A stretch of DNA of 64,000 bases, from the NCBI GenBank assembly GCA_963662285.2, contig CAXXMV010000001.1, positions 224,001-288,000 on the forward strand, read 5' to 3'. The notes under the pieces are model-generated. The model searched no databases, was not told the DNA's origin, and saw only the letters and a list, made by a program, of their open reading frames with translations. Position 1 is the stretch's first letter. Each line of letters opens with the position of its first letter. Positions 40,456 through 49,710 of the stretch are shown here, piece after piece. The DNA comes from a bacterium (GTDB taxonomy: Bacteria > Hinthialibacterota > Hinthialibacteria > Hinthialibacterales > Hinthialibacteraceae). A program made the translations under genes and the position numbers.

Positions 40456-43400
40456 TTGCTAGAGGAGGCGGCAGTGTCTGAGTATATGCGGAAATATACA
40501 TGGTTAGAGCTTGCAGTTTATTGGCTGCTGCTCGTGATGCCCGTACCGGTTCCCGCTCAGGAAACCGGTTCTGAATATCTGATTCCAGAAGATTCAGTAT
40601 TCGATCCAAATACGGAATACGGTCCATTCTGGAGTACAAACAGGGTCAGTACGATTTTCTCCGATCATACGGATACCATTGAGCAAGATGTAACATTCGG
40701 TCCCTTCTGGGGGAGCAACCGAATTGGAGTGATCTTTTCCGATCATGCAGATACCATTGCGCAAGACATTACATTTGGCCCATTCTGGGGGAATAACCGG
40801 ATCGGCATATCTTTCTCCGACACCACCGATGAGATTTCGGAAGACATCGACTTTGGCCCGTTTTGGGGAAACAACCGCGTCAGTCTGACTTTCTCGGATG
40901 TCACCGATACGATCACGGAAGACCTTGAGTTCGGCCCGTTTTGGGGAAACAACCGCGTCAGTCTGACTTTCTCGGATGTCACCGATACGATCACGGAAGA
41001 CCTTGAGTTCGGCCCCTTCTGGGGGAGTAACCGAATATCGTTTAAATTTCAAGACCAACTCCCACCAGAGACAGATATATTAAGACCGGTTTCTGGAACT
41101 ATAATTTACAATCCAAAATATCGATTTGAATGGATCGGGAATGATGATACGACTCCCACTGTCGATCTACAGTATTCCTATCGTCTTGATGACCAAAATT
41201 GGAGTGATTTTTCATTAAATACGTCAACAAATTCAAATGATCTAACTGAAGGTGAACACACCTTCGAGGTAAAAGCCAAAGATCTTGATAATAAGGAAGA
41301 TCCGACTCCGGCAATCGTTGATTTTAACATAGACCTAAGTGCGCCAATCATCACCAATATCGAGATCAATCCTCTTCAAACAAATTGTACGATTACTTTT
41401 AGTACAGATGAACCATCAAAAGCATTAATACAATATGGCATTGATTCAAACACGAACCTTTTAATATCTTCAACCAATGAATGGAAAACAGAGCATACGA
41501 TAACGATCTCAGGATTGGAGATGGTAACGGCTTATACTTACACCATCGAAATCTGGGATCAAGGAAATCATAGAAACATAACTCAAGAAGGAATATTTGA
41601 AACAAAAGGCGCACCGGATCTTGTGGTTACGGGCGTAATGTTTGATACAGATATGGTCTGGCAAGAAGGAACGCTTAGTCTTGAATGGACAATACTTAAT
41701 CAAGGTGTTGAAACTGCCGGAGGGGAAAGACTCGATGCAATCTGTCTTTCTAATGACAAAAATATTGGAGAGGATGTATTAATTGCGGAAGTGAGTCAAG
41801 TTGATTCTATCGCTCCAGGAGAAACAAAAACATTCTCATCAAATATTAATATATCAAATGATGAATTAAATGATGGTATCTATTTTCTTGTCGTGACAAC
41901 AGATGTGTCTAACAAAATATTTGAAGGAGGCAATGAAAGCAATAATAGTTTTATCAATTCAAATTACATAATTCTTAGAGAATACGAAGCAATTATTACA
42001 AGGTGCGATGTAGATATCGCTCCAGCAGGCTCTCCTGTAACTCTCCATGGTGAAGCGTTAAGATTATCAGATGGTGAACTTGCTCCGAACGTACCAGTTC
42101 AAGTCGCTATATCCGTTAGGGGGATTTCTCGTGTTTCAGAAACCATAACGGACACGAATGGAGAGTTCGAACTTGTTTTCACTCCTCTTTCAATGGAAGC
42201 AGGCCGATATCAAGCATTTGCCAAACACCCCTTCGATCTAAATAAAAACGAATCAGAAGTAGAGTTTTCGCTCGTTGGGATGAAGGCAAGTCCAAACCAA
42301 GTGCAATATAATCTCATAACAGGGATCCCTCTCTCAGCCACTTTAGAACTTTCAAACCTGGGTGATGTTCCATTACAAAATATCCAAAAAGAAATTCGTG
42401 CAACGTCTAATGGGATAAGTTTAGATATTCAATTTCCTGCAGAATTGAATGGTTTAGAAATTACATCTATTCCTTTTGTCATTGAGGCAATGGATGATGT
42501 AACTGAAAATTCAACAATTAATATATCGCTTACGAGCATTGAAGGCGCTACTGAATTAGTTGAAATTGAAACACATGTTACTCCCTCTCAGCCAAAATTA
42601 GTAAACTATCCGGGCGTTTTGAATATAGGGATGATTCGAGGCAGTCAAAAATTTGTTGAATGTGAACTTACTAATAGTGGTGGGGCTCCTGCTGAAAATG
42701 TCCGTATTGAATTACCTCAATCAAATTTACAAGATTGGTTAAAGTTAGCTTCTCCAGATACTTTCTCAATGATCGAACCTGGTGAAACCAAAAAGATTAT
42801 CGTAGCGCTTCGTCCACCCGATGACATGATACTTGGACCATATCAAGGAGAGATTATTGTTCATTATGATCTAAATAAATGGATTCAAATACCTTTTAAC
42901 TTTATCTCGGTTTCTGATAGCAAAGGAGATTTGAGAGTCAATGTTGTGGATGAATACACGGTTTTTGGTGAAAGTGCTCCACGCGTGATTGATGCTACAG
43001 TTACTTTGATGAATCCAGCTGATAGCACAACAATATTGGCAACCAGTAATTCGAATGGTACAGCATTAATAGAGGATGTAACAGAAGCTTTCTATTATAT
43101 AGATGTTGAGGCTGATAGGCACTATTCCATAACAAGATTGCCACTCGAACTTTCTGCGGGTATTGTTAATGAAGCAACGGTATTCTTGAATCGTGAACTC
43201 ATAACATACCGTTTCAATGTCGAACCAGCAGAGATTGAAGATAAATACAATATATCCATAGAAACAGTCTTTGAAACAAACGTACTTGCCCCCGTAGTCA
43301 CAATAGATCCACCCATAGGTAGGATTATACTTTTCGATGATCAACCTACAACGATCAATTTTAATATAACCAATCACGGACTGATAGATGCTGAGAATAC

Positions 43401-44235
43401 TTACTTGAATTTCCCCGTAGATTCATATTTTACAGTTACACCTCTGGTTGAAGATATTGGTGTAATACCTGCTGGGCAAACAATAACAGTTCCTGTGCGT
43501 GTGGAAAAAAGTCATGAGACGAGTTTAAATCTAGCATCACAGAAAAGATTGTCTTCAATTGATAGAATTGATGAAGATATTTTTGATAAAGGTCCATGCG
43601 AAAAATCTATATCAGGTAAAGTGGTTTATGATTATGTTTGTGTTGGAACAACATGGGTGGAAATCCCTATACCGATTTATGTTTTTGAAATGCTCGAAGA
43701 AATAATCAAAGCTGGTATTTGTACTGCAGATCTTACAATATGTGTTGGAGCATTATCAACACCTGGATCTCAATTTGTTGCTTTACCATTTTGTATAAGA
43801 GGTACTGAATGTTTGTGTAAGTATATGAGTGCTATGACACAAGAATATTCATGTTGTTGGTGCCATATCATCGGATTAAGTACAATTGTTAATGGCAAGA
43901 AAACTAAAATTAATGGCTGGGAAGAAGACCTTTCTCATCCAACAACCGATCCAGGTGAGAAAGCATTAGATTTTATAAAAGTAACTGAAGCGGTAGAATG
44001 CATAAATGATGCCATAAACAAAAATCCTCCTACACCCTCTCAGAAAGAAAAGGAGAGGGAAAAGGGAAATAGAATAAATCGTAGTGGAAGCAGAATTGGC
44101 AGTGGTGGTTCTGTCTATTACTCAAATACATATTTTAGACAAAGTTATGTTCAAGGACCACATAACGGAAAAGGCGGTTATGTATGGCAATCAAAATGCG
44201 GTCCAAAACCCAAATCAACTGACTCACAGAATTGA
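40456..44235 (+). CDS. large secreted multidomain protein (26-aa repeats, Ig/FN3-like, CARDB, Cys-rich C-terminus)
   Basis: Signal peptide; DPTPA; PDLVV...ESNN CARDB pattern; Cys-rich tail. Confidence 0.85.
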   Translation: MLEEAAVSEYMRKYTWLELAVYWLLLVMPVPVPAQETGSEYLIPEDSVFDPNTEYGPFWSTNRVSTIFSDHTDTIEQDVTFGPFWGSNRIGVIFSDHADTIAQDITFGPFWGNNRIGISFSDTTDEISEDIDFGPFWGNNRVSLTFSDVTDTITEDLEFGPFWGNNRVSLTFSDVTDTITEDLEFGPFWGSNRISFKFQDQLPPETDILRPVSGTIIYNPKYRFEWIGNDDTTPTVDLQYSYRLDDQNWSDFSLNTSTNSNDLTEGEHTFEVKAKDLDNKEDPTPAIVDFNIDLSAPIITNIEINPLQTNCTITFSTDEPSKALIQYGIDSNTNLLISSTNEWKTEHTITISGLEMVTAYTYTIEIWDQGNHRNITQEGIFETKGAPDLVVTGVMFDTDMVWQEGTLSLEWTILNQGVETAGGERLDAICLSNDKNIGEDVLIAEVSQVDSIAPGETKTFSSNINISNDELNDGIYFLVVTTDVSNKIFEGGNESNNSFINSNYIILREYEAIITRCDVDIAPAGSPVTLHGEALRLSDGELAPNVPVQVAISVRGISRVSETITDTNGEFELVFTPLSMEAGRYQAFAKHPFDLNKNESEVEFSLVGMKASPNQVQYNLITGIPLSATLELSNLGDVPLQNIQKEIRATSNGISLDIQFPAELNGLEITSIPFVIEAMDDVTENSTINISLTSIEGATELVEIETHVTPSQPKLVNYPGVLNIGMIRGSQKFVECELTNSGGAPAENVRIELPQSNLQDWLKLASPDTFSMIEPGETKKIIVALRPPDDMILGPYQGEIIVHYDLNKWIQIPFNFISVSDSKGDLRVNVVDEYTVFGESAPRVIDATVTLMNPADSTTILATSNSNGTALIEDVTEAFYYIDVEADRHYSITRLPLELSAGIVNEATVFLNRELITYRFNVEPAEIEDKYNISIETVFETNVLAPVVTIDPPIGRIILFDDQPTTINFNITNHGLIDAENTYLNFPVDSYFTVTPLVEDIGVIPAGQTITVPVRVEKSHETSLNLASQKRLSSIDRIDEDIFDKGPCEKSISGKVVYDYVCVGTTWVEIPIPIYVFEMLEEIIKAGICTADLTICVGALSTPGSQFVALPFCIRGTECLCKYMSAMTQEYSCCWCHIIGLSTIVNGKKTKINGWEEDLSHPTTDPGEKALDFIKVTEAVECINDAINKNPPTPSQKEKEREKGNRINRSGSRIGSGGSVYYSNTYFRQSYVQGPHNGKGGYVWQSKCGPKPKSTDSQN
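40594..41055 (+). repeat. six in-frame 78-bp tandem repeats (GPFWGxNR core)
   Basis: GPFW codons start at 40621, 40699, 40777, 40855, 40933 and 41011. Confidence 0.9.
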
Positions 44236-44270
44236 ATTTCTTTGATTTATTAGGAATTAGAGGAACTAAA

Positions 44271-46766
44271 ATGAGAAAATTATGTATATTTTTAATATTA
44301 TTTGCGTCTCTTGAGTTCTTATTATACGATTCGATAATTGCGCAGGACGATGATCTCAAAGAAGGGATTTGCGCAAAAATACGGTTGCGAATCGAACAAG
44401 AGGCAGTAATGACAAAGTCCGCATTCAAAGCAACACTAGAAATTTTCAATAACGCGCCTTATCCAATTACAAATATCTTTACTGACTTGTCAATTGATGA
44501 TGCAACTGGAGAGGAAAGTACTTACAAATTTCTTATTAGCCCAAATCATAATAAAAATATACAAACTATTGATAGTTCCGGTGTAATTAATCCAAGCGAA
44601 AATGCTATTATAGAGTGGTTGATAATTCCGAATAAAGAGGCAGCGATTAATGGCCCTGCTAGATATAATATAAGCGGTATCCTTGAATATTATGATCAAG
44701 ACGTATTAGTATCAATTCCTCTTTTACCAGCAGCGATTTGGGTTTTTCCATCTGCAGAATTAGATGTTCATTATTTTCAAGAAAAATATGTCTATTCAGA
44801 CGATCCTTTTACAGAGGATATAATTGAGCCATCCACTCCTTTTTCTCTCGGTCTTTTAATCAATAATGTAGGTAAGGGGAATGCAAACAATGTAAGAATA
44901 TTTTCCTCACAACCGAAGATAATAGATAATGAACGAGGATTAATTATTGACTTTAAAATAATTGATACGCAAGTTGGTTTGGAGCCAGTATCACCTTCTT
45001 TGACAGTCGATTTTGGCGATATTTTGGCAGGCAAGTCTGCTGTTGCTCGGTGGAGAATGACTTCAACATTATCCGGAGAATTTACCGAATATCAGGCGAA
45101 AGTTGAACATGAAGACTATTTAGGAGAACCACAGATCACCAGCATAGATATACACGAATTAATCCATGTAATGCGAATGGATACGCCTGAGTCAGATTTA
45201 TTGCAAGATTATTTAGTGAATGATGTCACTAGTGATAATTTACCAGATATAATTTATTCAAGTAATGGCGCAGTGTATCCGGTAAATGTTGCAAGCAATA
45301 TACTGATAAACGAGTTAAAAAATCAATTATTTTCCGAGATATCTGTAGAATCAACCGTAACGGATGGCTGGATTTATCTTAAGATAGATACACCTGGAAA
45401 ATCTTATAAACTTACTAGGGTAATTCGCTCAGATGGTAAAGAAATCTTGTTAAGTGATAATGCCTGGGTTACTAATCGCGTCATACGTTTAAACGGACAA
45501 ACACCTTATCAAGAAAATCTTGCACATATTGTTGATTACAACAGTACTGGTTCTTATGAACTTTATTTCGAAAATATTGAAATAGTAGGACCAACACCAA
45601 CGCCAACAATTACTCCAACACCAACATTAACCCAAACACCTTTACCAAAACCAGCAATAAATATTTTTGACAGCGCATCTGAAAAAAGTGTTGTCATTGA
45701 ATGGGATATGCCGAACGTTTTGAAGGATGGTGAACATTTTGTTGATTCACATATATATGTCACAATTAATGATGCAACGGAAACTGTATTTTTGGGAAAT
45801 ACTCGTAATGGTTATGACACATCGTTTGAATGGTTTAAGAATAATCCACTGCTTCACGATTCATTTAGAGAAGGTCCAGATTTTTCACAAAATTACTCTT
45901 ATTCATTTTTTTCAATAATCGAAAGTATTGATGATTATAATAATTCTAAAATGAAACATGAAGGCCCCTTTAATACAATTGCAAGATATAAGTTTTCAAA
46001 CCAATATGAAATAGAGGATGTTGATTATGATGATCCTGAAAATCGCTCTATTGTGATTAGTTGGGATATTAATCCAAATTTATTTAATGGTTACATAATA
46101 GATAATTATGCAGTATATGTAAAATCGAATACTCAAAATATGCTCGAATTATTAGGGTATTCTGGAGATAGCAGAACAAACTATTTTATATGGGATACGA
46201 AAAATAAATATGTAATAAATAAATTCAAGGATGGCCCTCAATTTTATAGTATTTATCTCTTTTATGTAAAACCAATTTTTACGAAAGATCCACAACCAGA
46301 ATTTGGACCATATGCAAGTGAAACAAGTATTAAAGTTGAACCAATACTAATAATCACTGATTCAATCGAGTCATACGATGATATATCCGGCAAAGTCTAT
46401 ATTGAAGATGGCAGTGATAAGGAATTAATTTTGAGATGGAACTTCAACGAAAACGAATTAGACTTTGAAAATGTTCAAGATTATCACATTTATGTATCAG
46501 AAAACAACGAAAACTCTTACCAATATTTAGGAAGACCAAACATCAAAGAAAATAGAAAGAATGGATATGTGATATGGAATAAAGTATCTTCATCATATAT
46601 TAGCAAGGAATATATTAACGGCCCTCAATTTAATAAAAAATATTTCTTTGAGTTGTATCCTATGACAAAAAATGGTCAAATTCCTTATTATGGCCCATAT
46701 AAAGCAAACGGATCAATCACATATAATGAAAAATCAACGGATGTAAAAAATTGGGAAATATATTAA
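44271..46766 (+). CDS. secreted protein with PT linker and three C-terminal internal repeats
   Basis: Signal peptide from ATG 44271; GICAKIRLRIEQE; PTPTPT linker. Confidence 0.85.
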   Translation: MRKLCIFLILFASLEFLLYDSIIAQDDDLKEGICAKIRLRIEQEAVMTKSAFKATLEIFNNAPYPITNIFTDLSIDDATGEESTYKFLISPNHNKNIQTIDSSGVINPSENAIIEWLIIPNKEAAINGPARYNISGILEYYDQDVLVSIPLLPAAIWVFPSAELDVHYFQEKYVYSDDPFTEDIIEPSTPFSLGLLINNVGKGNANNVRIFSSQPKIIDNERGLIIDFKIIDTQVGLEPVSPSLTVDFGDILAGKSAVARWRMTSTLSGEFTEYQAKVEHEDYLGEPQITSIDIHELIHVMRMDTPESDLLQDYLVNDVTSDNLPDIIYSSNGAVYPVNVASNILINELKNQLFSEISVESTVTDGWIYLKIDTPGKSYKLTRVIRSDGKEILLSDNAWVTNRVIRLNGQTPYQENLAHIVDYNSTGSYELYFENIEIVGPTPTPTITPTPTLTQTPLPKPAINIFDSASEKSVVIEWDMPNVLKDGEHFVDSHIYVTINDATETVFLGNTRNGYDTSFEWFKNNPLLHDSFREGPDFSQNYSYSFFSIIESIDDYNNSKMKHEGPFNTIARYKFSNQYEIEDVDYDDPENRSIVISWDINPNLFNGYIIDNYAVYVKSNTQNMLELLGYSGDSRTNYFIWDTKNKYVINKFKDGPQFYSIYLFYVKPIFTKDPQPEFGPYASETSIKVEPILIITDSIESYDDISGKVYIEDGSDKELILRWNFNENELDFENVQDYHIYVSENNENSYQYLGRPNIKENRKNGYVIWNKVSSSYISKEYINGPQFNKKYFFELYPMTKNGQIPYYGPYKANGSITYNEKSTDVKNWEIY

Positions 46767-46778
46767 AATATTGAAGCG

Positions 46779-46985
46779 TGAGAAAACTTCCGATGGAACT
46801 CACATGTGTCTTTTGTATATCTTAATCCAAATTCGTTATCATCACTCCAGAATGAAAAGAAAATTAGTTATAAATCAACTTCGCCTTATATCGCAATAGA
46901 GAGAACGCTATTCGCATAGTTCGATTCGATTCACGTTAGCAATTAACATACAATAAAAAAATAATTTCCATCGGAAATTTACTCA
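46779..46985. other. putative Orc1/Cdc6-type replication origin (inverted ORB-like boxes around an AT-rich spacer)
   Basis: 22-bp inverted repeat, 19/22 match (46779-46800 / 46964-46985), core TTCCATCGGAA; archaeal ORB core is TTCCAGTGGAA. Confidence 0.45.
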
Positions 46986-47044
46986 AACCTCCAAGGCATA
47001 TCTCATTCGTAAAGTATTTATAACAAAACTTTTACGAAAAGGAA

Positions 47045-48232
47045 ATGTCACCGCAGCCTGTTTTCCCCCGATTTAATGTCCGCTCGGATTTCTTCTCACA
47101 AATTCTTGATCCGTTTGGTATGATCGATTTCGCATCCGTTTATTCACGGCACAATCAAATAGTCGATTTCATTCTCTTTTCCATACTCTTTATTGGAATC
47201 AGCCGTGTAACACTTACCAAACACTTTAATGGAGCCGGAGGAAAATTGCTGTCTGTTGGAACCGGTATCGTTCTTTCCCTGGCATTAGTGATTATGCAAG
47301 ATCAAATGGGATTTTCACTACTAACCTTTGCCCCGTTTGCCGTATTCCTTCTTTGCATTCTTATGATCTTGATGCTCTTTGTTGTACTCAACTCATTTGG
47401 TATGCAAACCAAGATATCTTTATCGATCTCGTATATTGCAATATACACCTGTCTTCGTGCGTTTGTACCATCATTCTTCGATTGGCTAACCTGGAACGTT
47501 TCATTTGTCGCAGGGATTATGACTATCGCACTAATCATCTCCATTGGAATCATCTTATTTGCGATCATGCCCAAATCCAACCAATCGACATCGTTTGGAG
47601 ATCAGGCAATGAAAATCGCACCAGAACTTTTCCCGAAGATGCAAGAAGCATCTAATTTGATCGATTCATCCAACAATCTCAGCAACCAGATCGATATTTC
47701 AGAACGTGATGTTTTCAAACGCTTAAAGCAAATTCGAAAATTTCTACCCACATTAATGCAGACCGAAGGAGGCCAGGCAGAACTCTTGCAAGCCATACGG
47801 GAGATTAAATTAGAGAACAACGAGATCGTTTCCAAATTAAGCAAGATGAGCGAAATAAACAAAGCCATCGAGTCAGAAGACGTCCAAGTTTTCCAAAAGT
47901 TATTCGGTATGATGAATAAAGTACCCAATAATCAGATGTCAAAAGCGGTCAAGGCATTAAAAGGAGCAAAGCAACGCCTTAATTTGGAATCCGTCATCGC
48001 GAGTTTAGAAAAACGAATCGATGAGATAACAAATAAATTTTCGAAACTCATCGACATCTTGTTCAATGCCGTCCAAAACCGCGATATCAACACCGCCAAA
48101 AGAGCGATTGATGCCGCCATCCAAATGGAAAAAACTCTGCAGCGCATCATCAAGCCTCTGGAAGCGATCGAAAGTAGCCTTAAAGCCTCATACAATAGAG
48201 CCATCAGAATGACGACACCTAAAAAACGCTAA
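47045..48232 (+). CDS. membrane protein (about 5 TM helices plus C-terminal coiled coil)
   Basis: Hydrophobic N-terminal half, helical C-terminal half. Confidence 0.8.
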   Translation: MSPQPVFPRFNVRSDFFSQILDPFGMIDFASVYSRHNQIVDFILFSILFIGISRVTLTKHFNGAGGKLLSVGTGIVLSLALVIMQDQMGFSLLTFAPFAVFLLCILMILMLFVVLNSFGMQTKISLSISYIAIYTCLRAFVPSFFDWLTWNVSFVAGIMTIALIISIGIILFAIMPKSNQSTSFGDQAMKIAPELFPKMQEASNLIDSSNNLSNQIDISERDVFKRLKQIRKFLPTLMQTEGGQAELLQAIREIKLENNEIVSKLSKMSEINKAIESEDVQVFQKLFGMMNKVPNNQMSKAVKALKGAKQRLNLESVIASLEKRIDEITNKFSKLIDILFNAVQNRDINTAKRAIDAAIQMEKTLQRIIKPLEAIESSLKASYNRAIRMTTPKKR

Positions 48233-48351
48233 TCATCATGTTGTTCTGGATCAAAATCCTGCATAAGATGCTCTTGTTGTTCACGCCATATATCCGTAAT
48301 TGTAAAATCTCCTCTCAGCAAAAAAGTGCGATGTTCTTGTTTTTCTTTCAT
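48229..48351 (-). CDS. putative small protein (40 aa)
   Basis: MKEKQEHRTF...HDD*; BRE/TATA-like motif 20 nt upstream. Confidence 0.3.
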   Translation of the reverse strand: MKEKQEHRTFLLRGDFTITDIWREQQEHLMQDFDPEQHDD

Positions 48352-48390
48352 TCCGATTCAATTGAGATTGGTATATAAGAACCTTTCGAT

Positions 48391-49653
48391 TTAAGAAAGC
48401 CCGATCAACCGCTTCAAACGATCAAGAATTCTTTCGGTCAAATCTTGATCATTCGAATTATAAATCTCCCGGCTTTTGCCATATCTCCCATGGCTCACAA
48501 CACGTGTGTTTATGAGCGAGTACAAATCAAATGAGGAAATAATATCGGAGAAGCGCCTCTGGCTGATTGGTCGAATTTTGATGGTATTCGCCAAACGTTG
48601 ATATTGCTCGAAAACCTCTCCTGTATGAACGCGATTATTGTTTTTAAGCAAAAGCGAATAACAAGCCGCAAGGGAAATTTTCTGCTGTAAGGGAAGTGAC
48701 TCTGCTAGAGACATCGCCTTTTCATATTCAAGTGCTTTTTCCGCCTCTTCAACCTCACTTACAGTCAGATTGCCCCCTGCTCGTTCGGCTAAATACGATG
48801 ACTTCATCAAAAGTTCAATCGCTTTCCTTGCATCCCCGGAATCTTTTGACGACACTGCGGCAATACGAGCGATAGCGGCTTCATCAACTCGGCTTTGATC
48901 GAGCGCTTTGGCTATCCGTAATTCCAAAATCTGACGAATTTCAAGCGCATGATATGGATTAAAGATAATATCGTTTTTCTTCAAACAGGATTTTGTGCGG
49001 GCATCTAACGAATTCTCCCAATTCAGTCGATTTGTCGAGAAGATATAGATCAACCGGACTCGAACCTGACGCGGAAGACTTTTAACGATGAAGGTCATAA
49101 ACACATCACGATCTACTGATATAGAATCGATCTCATCAAGAAAAAGGATCAATGTTCCTTGTCGCTCATTCAAATAATCGCGGATGCGAGACTGCATAAG
49201 TTCAATGGGAATCCCTTTGAAATACGAGCGCCCCTGCCCAATGCTGATCGCAATCCGGTTCAAACCAGCAAATGCTGTAGTGGATTGAGACAAATCGACA
49301 TAATAATAATCAAGTGGAATCGATTCACGATCAGCGATAAATTTTATAGTTTCCAAGAGAGTGGTAATGGATACTGTTTTTCCTGATCCTGTCACTCCGA
49401 TTGTCAAAAGATGGCTAGGTGTCCGATTATTCAGACAAGGACTGAGATGTTCAGATAATGCTTTGAGTTCGCACTCTCTTACATCACGCGAGAAGATTTC
49501 AGTTAACACCTTAGACCGTTCATCGTCAGGGAGAGCCTCATCATCGAGATAATCCGCATTTAGGATTAACGGTTTTCGATCCTTCGGCAACCGACAAGCG
49601 TTTATAAACGATTCAACACGGTTTTCTTTTCCATGAGCAATTTCCTCGGACAT
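48391..49653 (-). CDS. cdc6: Orc1/Cdc6-family AAA+ replication initiator
   Basis: GVTGSGKT, LFLDEID, FNPY...ILELR, GDARKAIELL, C-terminal wHTH (TGEVFEQY...SQRRF...GRYG). Confidence 0.9.
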   Translation of the reverse strand: MSEEIAHGKENRVESFINACRLPKDRKPLILNADYLDDEALPDDERSKVLTEIFSRDVRECELKALSEHLSPCLNNRTPSHLLTIGVTGSGKTVSITTLLETIKFIADRESIPLDYYYVDLSQSTTAFAGLNRIAISIGQGRSYFKGIPIELMQSRIRDYLNERQGTLILFLDEIDSISVDRDVFMTFIVKSLPRQVRVRLIYIFSTNRLNWENSLDARTKSCLKKNDIIFNPYHALEIRQILELRIAKALDQSRVDEAAIARIAAVSSKDSGDARKAIELLMKSSYLAERAGGNLTVSEVEEAEKALEYEKAMSLAESLPLQQKISLAACYSLLLKNNNRVHTGEVFEQYQRLANTIKIRPISQRRFSDIISSFDLYSLINTRVVSHGRYGKSREIYNSNDQDLTERILDRLKRLIGLS

Positions 49654-49710
49654 GAAATAGAAGAAATAATGGGAATATATAAATGTTATGCAATTTAAGA
49701 GAAGATTAAA

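Noticed and set aside
40594-41055. Possible CRISPR array
   Set aside because: In-frame 78-bp coding repeats with synonymous variation; no unique spacers and no cas genes
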